Source: Octopus vulgaris
Taxonomy: Eukaryota
Assembly: GCA_951406725.2 (NCBI GenBank)
Contig: OX597836.1
Location: 29,326,001 to 29,390,000, forward strand
DNA length: 64,000 nucleotides
Reading direction: 5' to 3'
Numbering within the stretch: position 1 is the first letter of the stretch; each line of letters begins with the position of its first letter. Shown here one piece after another: positions 1 to 14,091 of the stretch. The translations under genes and the position numbers were made by a program. The notes below the pieces were generated by a model. It saw only the letters and a list, made by a program, of their open reading frames with translations. It did no database searches and had not been told where the DNA came from.

Positions 1-248
1 TGTTTATATATATGTTTATATGTATGTTTATATATATGTATATATATATGTATGTTTATATATATGTATATATATATGTATGTTTATATATATGTATATA
101 TATGTATGTTTATATATATGTATATATATATGTATGTTTATATATATGTATATATATATACGTTTATATATATGTATATATGTATGTGTAAATATAGATG
201 TATGGGTATGTATATATGTGTGGGTATATATATGTGTATGTATAGATG

Positions 249-290
<42 letters not shown>

Positions 291-738
291 TGTATAGATG
301 TATAGATAATATGTATGCATGTATAGATGTATAGATAATATGTATGCATTTATAGATGTGTGTGCATATATGTACAGATGTGTATGTTTATGTACATATG
401 TAGAGGTGTATATGTACATATATATGTATATGTAGACGTGTGTGTACTTACATATGTAGAGACATATGTGTACATATACATGTATGTATACTTGTGTGTA
501 TAGATGATTGTGTACATGTGTATAGATGCATATATATCTGAATAGATGTATATTTATGTATATACAGATGTATATATGTGTGTATGTATACACAGATGTG
601 TATATATATGTGTATATATATGTAGATGTATATATGTGTGCATGTATATATGTAGTTGTATATATGTCGATGTATATATGTAGATGTATATACATGTGTA
701 TGTGTATATTTACGTAGATAGATGTGTAAATATATTTG

Positions 739-782
<44 letters not shown>

Positions 783-785
783 CAC

Positions 786-818
<33 letters not shown>

Positions 819-832
819 TGTGTATGTGTGTG

Positions 833-877
<45 letters not shown>

Positions 878-961
878 ATATATATATATATATGTGTATG
901 TGTGTGTATATGTATATATAATATATATACATACACATATATACACATCTACGAAAATATG

Positions 962-993
<32 letters not shown>

Positions 994-1253
994 CATCATC
1001 ATATATATATATGGGGACATGACACTCTGAGTAACAGCTTTTGTTATATTTCTGCTGCTTTTAAATAAAGTATATATATAGAGATAGATAGTGTATATAT
1101 GAGAATGTATATTTATATATATACAGATAGATAGTTGTGTATATATGTGTATGTATATATATATATGTATAGATAGATGTGTGTGTGTGTATATATATGT
1201 ATATATAGATAGATGTGTGTGTGTGTGTATATATATGTGTATAGATAGATAGA

Positions 1254-1284
<31 letters not shown>

Positions 1285-2202
1285 GTATAGATAGATAGAT
1301 AGATAGATGTGTGTGTGTATATGTATAGATAGATGTGTGTGCGTATATATATATATATATATATATAGATGTGTATGTATGTATATATATATGTTTATGT
1401 GTATATATATAGATTTAGATATATATATATGTATGTATGTATATATATATGTTTATGTGTATATATATAGATTTAGATATATAGATGTGTATGTATGTAT
1501 ATATATATGTTTATGTGTATATATATAGATTTAGATATATATATATGTATATATATATATGTGTGTGTATATGTATATATATAGATTTAGATATATGTAT
1601 ATGTATGTATATATGTGTGTATATGTATATATATAGATTTAGATATATATATGTGTATGAATATATATATATGTGTGTATATATATAGAGATTTAGATAT
1701 ATATGTGTGTATGTATACATATATGTGTGTATATGTATATGTGTGTATATGTATATATGTGTATGTATATATATATATATAGGTGTAAGTATTAATATAT
1801 ATAGATGTCTATATATATATGTATATCTCTATATATGTATGTGTATGTATATCTATATAGAGGGGTGTATATATGTGCATGTATATCTCTATAGATGTGT
1901 GTATATATAGAGGTGTATATATGTGTGTATGTATATATATATATATATACTTGTATGTATATAAATAGCTGTGTATATATATGTTTATGTATATATAGAT
2001 GTGTATATATGTGTTTATGTATATATAGATGTGTGTATGTATTTATATTTAGATTTCTATATATATGGGTGTACGTGTATATATTTAGATGTGTGTATAT
2101 ATATATATATGTATGTATATATAAATATATATATAGATGTGTATGTATGTATGTATGTGTGTAGATGTGTCTGTATATGTATATAGATGTGTATATATAT
2201 GT

Positions 2203-2258
<56 letters not shown>

Positions 2259-2495
2259 ATCTGTGTATGTATATATATAGATGTATGTATATCTGTGTAT
2301 GTATATATATAGATGTATGTATATCTGTGTATGTATATATATAGATGTATGTATATCTGTATGTATATATATATAGATGTATGTATATATATATATAGAT
2401 GTATGTATATATGTGTATATATATGTCTCAATATGTTTGTATATATTTTTTATATATATATAGATGTATATATATACATGTTTATATATATTTTA
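1..2495. repeat. Degenerate TA/TG/TAGA microsatellite field
   Basis: Almost entirely (TA)n, (TATG)n, (TG)n and (GATA)n with short higher-order units such as tatatagatttagata. Confidence 0.95.
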
Positions 2496-2497
2496 AT

Positions 2498-2982
2498 AAG
2501 AATGAAGGTATTAAACCTCTTCTCCCTAGAGCGGAGGCGGGAGAGATATGCGGTGATATACATCTGGAAAATCCTGGAGGGTCTTGTCCCAAACTTTGGC
2601 ATTCAAAGTTACCCCAACCGCAGAACGGGGCGCCACTGCATGGTGCCAAGGATTCCAACATCACCATCAAAATGATGGTCCAGATACTGCAACAGCTTGG
2701 GTTTCAGAGGACCACAGCTCTTTAACATCCTCCCTAAATGCCTGAGAGACTTACATGGTGTGGATGTAGGTTTCTTTAAAACTAAACTGGATCTCTTCTT
2801 GTCGGGAGTCCCAGATGAACCTACCTCACGACAGGAGACGCAGATGCGGGCAGCAGCATCGAACTCTCTTGTTGATCAAGTGCCACGTATCAGAGGTGGA
2901 TTCACAAATTAGTGTAGCTCATTCAGCGGTGGTGCCCCAGCATGGCCGCGGCCTTCGGGTTAAAACATTTTTAAGGATTTAA

Positions 2983-2985
<3 letters not shown>
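2498..2985 (+). mobile_element. CR1-group LINE, 5'-truncated 3' end (ORF2 C-terminus plus 3' UTR)
   Basis: One frame LNLFSLERRRERYAVIYIWKILEGLVPN...*...GFRGPQLFNILPKCLR...FKTKLDLFLSGVPDEP with one internal TGA, stop at 2910-2912, then a short UTR and tttaagga repeat. Confidence 0.85.
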
Positions 2986-3035
<50 letters not shown>

Positions 3036-3623
3036 GATGTATGTATATATGTTTTTATATATATATATAAGTATATATGCATATATATGTTTATATATAT
3101 ATATATATGTATGTATATATACGTGTATAGATATGTATATAGATGTATGTACATATGTATATATAGATGTACGTATGTATGTATATATATACATGTACGT
3201 ATGTATGTATATATAGATGTATGTACCTATGTATCTATATATATATATATATATGCATACATACACTTGTATGTATGTATCTATCTATCTATCTATATAT
3301 ATATATATATATATATTTCGAGAAGACCCGGCAGGACAAGTGAGTCCATAACCCGTGGCCTTCTACATGGGATGGAGCCAGCCTACATATGCATACCTTC
3401 CTTCTTGGGACACAAAACTCTACTTGTGAAGACGTGATGAGGCAAGTGAACTCTTGGATCAGAACGAATCGATCAGATGTACGTATGTATGTGTGATATA
3501 TATGCGCATCAGAAAAATTATGTACGTATATATATGTATATATAGATGTATGTACCTATGTATCTATATATATATATATATATAAGACTTGCATACATAC
3601 ACTTGTATGTATGTATCTATCTA

Positions 3624-3661
<38 letters not shown>

Positions 3662-3988
3662 TCACATGAAAAACAACATTCAAGCATGGCCGATGCCAGT
3701 GCCACTGGACTGGCTCCCGTGTAGGTAGCACATAAAAACACCTTTTGGTCGTTTCCAGAACTGCCTGACTGGACCTTGTTGTGGTGGCATGTAAAAAGCA
3801 CCCACTACACTCTCAGAGTGGTTGGCATTAGGAAGGGCATCCAGCTGTAGAAACTTTGCCAGATCAGATTGGATCCTGATGCAGCCTCTGGCTCACCAGT
3901 CCACAATCAAACCATCCAACGCATGCCAGCATGGATAGCGAACCTTAAATGAAGATGATGGTGATGATATATATATATATATATATGC

Positions 3989-4022
<34 letters not shown>

Positions 4023-4240
4023 GCATGTATGTATATAAGTTTCTACACACACACACACATATATATATATGCATGAATGCATGGTCCCTCTGTCTGGGAT
4101 TCGCCATAGATCGTTGTTGAAGAGCATAGGCTTGAAACGTAAAAGACATTCTCACTTCCTGAGTGTTAAACTAATACATCTGTTTGCTGTTTACACACCT
4201 CGTCTTCATCTTTTGTTTTTTTTTTTTTGTAAATTCTCAC

Positions 4241-4271
<31 letters not shown>

Positions 4272-6717
4272 ATCTACATATATATGCATGCGTGTATATA
4301 TATTTATCTACATATATATGCATGAATATATATTTATGAATGTACATATATGTATATTTAGATTTATATATTTAGGTATATATAGATGTGTAAATATGTG
4401 TGCGTGTGTATAGATGTCTTTTACTTGTTTCAGTCATTTGTCTACGGCCATGCTGGAGCACCACCTTTAGTCGAGCAAATCGACCGCATGACTTATTCTT
4501 TGTAAGCCTAGTACTTACTCTATCGGTCTGTTTTGCCGAACTGCTTAGTTATGGGGATGTAAACTCACCAGCATCGGTTGTCAAGCGATGTTGGGGGACA
4601 AACTCACGCACATATATACATATATACGACGGGCATCTTTCAGTTTCCGTCTACCAAATCCTCTCACAAGTCTTGGTCGGCCCGAGGCTATAGTAGAAGA
4701 CACTTGCCCAAGATGCCACGCAGTGGGACTGAACCTGGAACCTTAAGCAAGCTACTTATCATACTTATCCTGCGCCAGTATATATAGATAGATAAATAGA
4801 TGTGTCTTGATCTAAATTAAATATTTGTTTTCGAGTGGTATTAAATGTTCATTTTTTTTTTAGTTTAATGTATATATATATATATAGATGTATGTATATA
4901 TATATATGTATATATCATGTATGGGTGTATGTGTAAATGCATACGAATATACAGATGTGTCTGTGTGTGTTCGTGCTTGCATATAGATAGGTAGATGAAG
5001 ATAACGTTACAAATATACTTGAAAAATAACTTGTTTTTCAGGAAGTGAACGACCTGTTGCTTGATAATGCTTAGCCCCTCTATGATCATCGGTGTTCTAA
5101 CAATGACCACCACGTTGTGTTATTCTAGTTTTATTTATGGTAGGGATGGGGAGGCAGGCGCTCGATAAGTTTATGGATTACCTTCGACTACACTATACAG
5201 TGTTCTCCCTTTAGTTGCAGCAGTGGTGTGATTCGGGGGTGGGGATTTAACAGCTATTTCTAGCGAATCGCTTTTCACTAAGATTAGTTATTGGTGTTTC
5301 TGGGTGTATTTTCGTGCCTTGCGATGTTTCCTTTGAATCTGTTTGAAATAGTCTTAGTAAAACTACACATGGATTTATTTACGCGGGTTAATTCTAGCAT
5401 CTCTATCACCACCACCACCACCACCACCACCGACAATTCTTTCTACTAATAGGCTCAAAGTCCGACATATTGAGGGAGGGAGAATAGTCGATTACATCAA
5501 CCCTAGAATTTGACTGGTACTTGTTGATTTTTTTTTTATCGGTCCCGAAACTCCCGAAAGATGAACAGGCGAAGTCGGCCTCGGCGGCATTTGAACTCAG
5601 AACATTAAAAAAAAACCCCGGAAATAATGATAATAGTAATGATGATAATGATTTCTGATTTTCATTAGAATAAGTTACTGGTGTTGATCATGTCTGTATG
5701 GTTAATACATGGAATAATGATAATGAAGGATATCGACTTTATCCAACTCGGCTTAGTAACCGGCTTATATCGAAAATCTGAGAGAGAAAAAAAATACAGA
5801 TTGTCTGTACGTATATCATATGTGTGTGTACACATATGTATATGTACGTATGAATGTGTGTGTGCGTATATATATGTATGTATGTTTGTGCGTGATAAAT
5901 TCTGTTATATAATTCATTATATTATCTGTGTGAGTGTATATGTAGATATCTATAATGCTTGCTCCTCTGTCTGTCTGTGTATGTGTGTGTGTGTGAAAAA
6001 TCACTTATAATATCCACGATTGTTGAGTAATTTCTCTCTAAATTGACTTTATATTTTAAAACATTCGATGTGTAATCATTTTACATTTATATGCTAGCTC
6101 TTTCTTAAAATTCAGTAGTTTAGCCTCAGGTCAGCCCTGGTATCGCATATTGTTCTATATTGAAAGGCGTTCCAGCTGTGACCAACTAACAAGACAGTTT
6201 TTGCTAGAATATATATATATATATTCGTATAACAGCTGTTTTGTGGGGAATGCTAGAATAAAGAATAGCTGGTTGTTAAGGTATCAGCGATTTGTAAGTT
6301 AATTGTTTCCAGGCTGAGGAAAAAAAATCTAGGAATTTTTGTTGTTGTATTGATTGGTCACCAGTATTCGCCGATATAATTCGAATCGGTAGGAACAACA
6401 AAATTGTAATGAGAAGGCCGCAAGTACTACTTACTGGACTATCATTATTTTTAATAGCTATTAAATGTAATCACTAAAGAAACATAGGGAAACGGCTTTT
6501 ATTAATAATACCCCCCAGGTGTTCGACAGACACGAGACTACGCTCGCACCTGCAAGAAATAGCAACCAAAGGAACGATACGTCGTATATTATAGTGTAGT
6601 CCTAGATAATACTCAGACGGAGGTGGTGGTGGTGGGGGGAGATTGGGTGGTCAAGGCTGAATCGCTTTTATCTGCATGATCAGAATTACCTGTCACTAAA
6701 CAACATGCACAGATTAG

Positions 6718-7875
<1,158 letters not shown>

Positions 7876-8081
7876 TCTTTTATTGTTTCAGTCATTTGAT
7901 TGCAACCATGCTGGAGGACCGCCTTTAGTCGAACAAATCGCCCCCAGGACTTCTTTGTAAGCCTAGTACTTATTCTATTGGTCTCTTTTGCTGAATCTCT
8001 AAGTTATGGGGACGTAAACACACCAACATCGATTGTCAATCGATGGTGGTTGAGACAGACACACACACACACAAACATATA

Positions 8082-8132
<51 letters not shown>

Positions 8133-9299
8133 GTTTAAATATTTGTTGTGCAGCTGTTCCATTTAAGCAATATACACATACATATATATATATACACGAC
8201 GGGCTTCTTTCAGTTTCCGTCTACCAAATCCACTCACAAGCTACTTACCACAGCCACACCTACGTCTATATATGTAGGAGTGACTGTGGGGTAAGTAGCT
8301 TGGTTCCGGGTTCTCATCCCACTGCGTGGCACCTTGATCAAGTGTCTTCTATTATAGTCTTGGGCTGGTTTAAGCCTTGTGAGTGGATTTGGTAGACAGA
8401 AACTGAAAGAAGCCTGTTGCATGTGTGTATATAAAATGGAATTCATCCACCTCTGACTCTGGCATTCTAGTTGCAGCTGTTCCATTTAAGCAATATACAC
8501 ATACATATATATATATATATATATATGGGTGCGTGTGTGTTCCCCACCACTACTTGATAACTAATGTTGGTATGTTTTTGTCCTCATAACTTAGTAGTTT
8601 GGCAAAAGAGACTAATAGAATTAGTACAAGGCTCTCTTTTATTCTTTTACTTGTTTCAGTTACACACACACACACACACACATATATATACATACGACGG
8701 GCTTCTTCCAGATTCCGTCTACCAAACTCACTCACCAGGCTTTGGTCAGCCCGAGGCTATAGTAGAAGACACGTGCCACACACAGTGGGACTGAACCCAT
8801 GACCATGTGGTTGGTAAGCAAGCTACTTACCACACAGCCACCAAAAACAAGAAAAATATATACTGGGCTTAATTCAGTTTACTATAAATCTTCAAGGCGG
8901 TGCCCCAGCATGGCTGTAGCCTAAGAACTGAAACCAATAAATGATAAAGATACATATACACATGCATACAACATAGCTATGTAGTTAAGAAGCTTGCTTC
9001 CCAACCATGTGATTTTCAGTTCAGTCCTGTTGCATTGCACAAGCGTCTTCTATTCTAAGCCCAGGTGAACCAGATTTGTAAGTGGCTCTGTTATTTGGAA
9101 TCTGAAAGAAGCCTGTCGTGTGCATGTAATTCCAATCTCCCATGAAAAAATATGTCTGGCAAACAGGCGAGAGTTGGCATCAAGAAGGATATTAAGCCAT
9201 AGAAAATCAGCCTCCGTGAATTGTGTGTGATCCATGCAGACATAGAAAAGAAGTGGACATTGAAATAATACTGTCTCTCTCTTTCTCTCTCTCTCTCTC

Positions 9300-9339
<40 letters not shown>

Positions 9340-9680
9340 CATATATATATATATACATATGCATATATAAATATATATATATATATGCATACATGAATAT
9401 ATATATATGCATACATATACATATATATATAAATACATATATATATATACATATATGTATATATATATATACATGTATATAAATACATATATATGTGTAT
9501 ATATATATACATATATCTATATGTATACACATACATGGATATACATACATACATACACACCGACGAACTGCTCCGCTCAAAACGTCATACCCTCCTGCTT
9601 CCATTTCCTGAGCGCCTATTAATAATAATACTGTAATTGTTCCATTGTTGTTGTTTTTTTGTTTTCCCGTTTGGATTAAA

Positions 9681-9715
<35 letters not shown>

Positions 9716-9717
9716 AT

Positions 9718-9783
<66 letters not shown>

Positions 9784-10089
9784 GTATCTGTCTATGTTTG
9801 TTGTACACACACATATGTATGTCTCCATGTATATATGTGTATGCATATCTATATATGTGTTTGTGTCATCATCATCACCATCATTTAACATCTATTTTCC
9901 ATGCTGGCAGGAGTTAGACTTATGTGCATGTATGTACTTACATATATATATCATTCTCTGTGTAATCTTAGGGTTGTTGAATCCTTAATATCCCTTTGGA
10001 GTGCAGTGATTCAAGGTGAAACATCCCTGAAGATTTAGATGTCAGTAAAGTCTTTTGATAGTTTTGTGTCTTGGGTCTGGTCACGAAGA

Positions 10090-11720
10090 CATCAGCAACA
10101 AAGCAGAAATATGTTTATAAATCTCTATATTCCTCTGAAACTTGGGCATGTTACAAACATTACTTCAGACACGTGGAACAATTTCATCAAAAACACTTAT
10201 GCCATATTCTGAAAATAAAATAGAATTCATCCACCCCTGACTCTGACGTTCTAGCAGCATCTGTTTCATCTAAGCAATAATTTTGAAAAGGCAAATGCGA
10301 TGGTCTGGAGATATTGTCCACGTGGCTGATGAGCATACCCCTAAGCAATTGTTTCATGGAGAACTTGTATGTAGGAAATGACCCCCCCCCCCCGCAAAAA
10401 AAAATAACCTGGAAAGTCTCATAGTAGATTGTTCAAAAATATAGGACTGTGAAAACTTGTGAACAAAACAGGTTAGTACAGGTAAATATTGGTTTCAAAT
10501 TTTGGCACAAGGCCAGCGATTTTGGCGGACAGCAGGAGTGGTTGTGTGGTAAGTAGCTTGCTTACCAATCACATGATTCTGGGTTCAGTCCCACTGCGTG
10601 GCATCTTGGGCAAGTGGCTTCTGCTATAGCCCCGGGCCGACCAATGCCTTGTGAGTGGATTTGGTAGACGGAAACTGAAAGAAGCCTGTCATATATATGT
10701 ATGTATATGTATGTGTGTGTATATGTTTATGTGTCTGTGTTTGTTCCCCCAGCATTGCTTGACAGCCGATGCTGGTGTGTTTATGTCCCCGTCACTTAGT
10801 GGTTCGGCAAAAGAGACCGATAGAATAAGTACTGGGCTTACAAAGAATAAGTCCCGGGGTCGATTTGTTCGACTAAAGGCGGTGCTCCAGCATGGCCACA
10901 GTCAAATGACTGAAACATGTAAAAGAGTAAAGTGTAAGAGTATGTCAATTGTAACAAGTCCAATGCTCAACTGGTACTTGTGTTATCAACCCCAGAAAGG
11001 ATGAAAGGCTAAGACGACCTTGGACAAAACGCTGCTAAGCATTTTGCCCAATGTGCGTATGATTCTGCCAGTTCACCACCTTATTTTAATCTGTGATATT
11101 GGTTTCAGATTTTGGCACGAGGCCAGCAATTTTAGGGGAGGGGTAAGTCAATTACATCGACCCCAATGCTCAATGGTACTTGTTTTATTTATTCTGAAAA
11201 GATGAAAAGGAAAGTTAACTCTGGTGGCATTTGAACTCTGAATATAAAGACAGGTGAAATGCTATTGAGCCCAGTATGCTAACAGTTGTGCTAGCTTGCC
11301 ACCTGAATATTAAGAGGAAAATAAGAAGAAGAAGAAAAGCAGCCAGTAATAGAATATGAACTTGGTTAAACTTTTCCATTTGTACATTTTGTGGCAAAAA
11401 TCTGCCTGAGGCTCAGCTTACATCTCACGTAAGAGCACAAATTAGGACACTTTTTACTGTTTATAGAACAGTTTTCCCTCATCAATGCTTCATATGCAAC
11501 AGGATGTGCCAATCTTAAAGGAGGTCAAAAGAAATATTCCAAGGCTCATCAAGATTAGATACCACAGGCAGTTCAAGTTGCACCAAAGCTAGCGTGCTAT
11601 TTGTGTGGACTTCTTTTTAAAAGTATGTCTGGTTTAAAAAGCCACGTAAGATCTTATGTCAGGATTAAGCATTAGTGTACACAGAGGTGGTCAATTTTTG
11701 TATTGAGCTGATAGCCATCG
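10090..11720 (+). mobile_element. Decayed RTE-clade LINE 3' portion interrupted by SINEs
   Basis: SETWACYKHYFRHVEQFHQKHLCHILKIK...RQMRWSGDIVHVADEHTPKQLFHGEL (about 10130-10370); C-terminal CTFCGK...SHVR and CYLCGLLFKSMSGLKSHVR zinc-finger-like remnants (about 11380-11660). Confidence 0.7.
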
Positions 11721-12691
11721 TGTGTGTGTGTGTATATATATGTGTGTGTATATACGTATATAGAAACTATTCTAAAGCTGGCTGATAATAGATCTCAACG
11801 TGGCCCTGTGGCTCCAACTGTTCAACCCATGCCAGTAGTTTTAAATTAGATACACATGCAAAATGTTAAGTTAGTATTTTAATTTTACTATGTATGAGAA
11901 GACAACTTTACCAGTCAATATGGTTGACTAGATCCTTGTGTTAATTATTTAAAAATAATTTTAAACAACGATGCTTCGACTTACTTGATATGCTTATATA
12001 TATATATATATATATATACTTTATTTAAAGCAGCAGAAAATTCAACAAAACCTGTTACTCTGAGTTTCCTGTTGCCGTTCATCGGCAATATTTAAATAAA
12101 GCATATTACTCTACCACTGGTATTTGAGTACTCTTTTTTCCACCTTGTTTCACATTTATGTGTTTACTCCGGTATATATATATATAAAAAAACGGAATTT
12201 GATTTCATGGAACCGCTTGCATATTTCGTTGTCTACGTTGGGAAATGTCAGTTGCTTATGAAGAAGGCGTTTACTCCTGTTTCTCCCAGCCTGTAGTTCC
12301 TTTCAAATCCCAAATAAAACCGAACCTAGCCATTGCTTCCAGTTGCATTTGGTTATATATTGACAATGTATATATACCTGTAGCTACATTACACCTCCGA
12401 CTACTCATAGAAATATATTCTTCCGCTCACTCCACTTAACTGGCCTTTGATCCAAAGCAGTGGGTTTTCAACCTTTAATATCCAGGCCAGATCCCAGACC
12501 TGGATTTCTTTTTAGGAGACTACACCATAAAAAAGTAAAACATAAGTCTAAAGAAAAATTTATTATATTCATAGAGGGAAGACTGTTGATGGCTGCTGGA
12601 AGGATGCTTGAGGGCCATATGCAACCCTGGGCGCCATGGTTTCACTAGATATTCACTCATATCTGGAGAGCACACTGTTATACTTTAAATC

Positions 12692-13080
12692 GTGGAGGCG
12701 CAATGGCCCAGTAGTTAGGGCAGCGGACTCACGGTCATAGGATCACGGTTTCGATTCCCAGACCGGGCGTTGTGAGTGTTTATTGAGCAAAAACACCTAA
12801 AAGCTCCACGAGGCTCCGGCAGGGGATGGTGGTGATCCCTGCTGTACTCTTTCACCACAACTTTCTCTCACTCTTACTTCCTGTTTCTGTTGTACCTGTA
12901 TTTCAAGGGGCCGGCCTTGTCACTCTCTGTGTCACGCTGAATATCCCCGAGAACTACGTTAAGGGTGCACATGTCTGTGGAGTGCTCAGCCACTTACACG
13001 TTAATTTCATGAGCAGGTTGTTCCGTTGATTTGGATCAACCAGAACCCTCATCGTCGTTACCAACGGAGTGCTTCCCTCC
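12692..13080 (+). mobile_element. Full-length tRNA-derived SINE (resembles octopus OR-type SINEs)
   Basis: A box TGGCCCAGTAG, B box GTTTCGATTCC; TSD TACTTTAAATC at 12681-12691 and 13081-13091. Confidence 0.9.
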
Positions 13081-13708
13081 TACTTTAAATCACACCTATT
13101 GCTTTTGAAGACTGTCTTTTCTTTATAAGAACATATCTGTTGAAATGTTTCCTTTACAGTTTGAATGTTCCTTGTAAAACCCAGAAAGATATATCTCCTA
13201 ACAGTTAAATCAATATTTTAATAAATCGCTCTCGCTATAATTTGAGAAAAACACTAACATTTTGTATATTAGCAACATTAAACCTGTGCTGCAATATCAA
13301 TTTTCTTCTTGTCCATTTCTATAAATTCTAATATATGTACATTAATTTTATTATCTTCATTATTTGCATCACAAATTTCTACTGTGAAGTACTTTTACTG
13401 TACTTATTATGATCTGTTGTATTTCACTGCTTCTGATTTCATATTATTATCTATTACCTCTTTGCTCTCTTTTTCTGAATCTTCTTGTTACCCTTGCTTA
13501 ATTTGATTTGTCATACATCATTTCTTTAACTTAATTTAAAACAAAATCATAGTCATTTGTTTACATTGCCCAATTTTATCTACTCCTAAAATATCTATTG
13601 AGGATGATGAATATATAAATTTCTCATTAACAACATTGCTTGTCACTTCTAAATTTATAGACACAGTTCTATATACTGTATTTTCTGGCATACAAGTCAA
13701 CATAGTAT

Positions 13709-14091
13709 GGAAGCACTCCGTCGGTTACGACGATGAGGGTTCCGGTTGATCCGAATCAACGGAACAGCCTGCTCGTGAAATTAACGTGTAAGTGGCTGAG
13801 CACTCCACAGACACGTGTACCCTTAACGTAGTTCTCAGGGATATTCAGCGTGACACAGAGAGTGACAAGGCCGGCCCTTTGAAATACAGGTACAACAGAA
13901 ACAGGAAGTAAGAGTGAGAGAAAGTTGTGGTGAAAGAGTACAGCAGGGATCACCACCATCCCCTGCCAGAGCCTTGTGGAGCTTTTAGGTGTTTTCGCTC
14001 AATAAACACTCACAACGCCCGGTCTGGGAATCGAAACCGCGATTCTATGACCGCGAGTCCGCTGCCCTAACCACTGGGCCATTGCGCCTCC
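13709..14091 (-). mobile_element. Full-length copy of the same SINE, inverted
   Basis: Reverse complement of 12692-13080; TSD CAACATAGTAT at 13698-13708 and 14092-14102. Confidence 0.9.

Noticed and set aside
12694-12770. tRNA-like sequence
   Set aside because: It is the head of a SINE with a body, tail and TSD, not a stand-alone tRNA gene.
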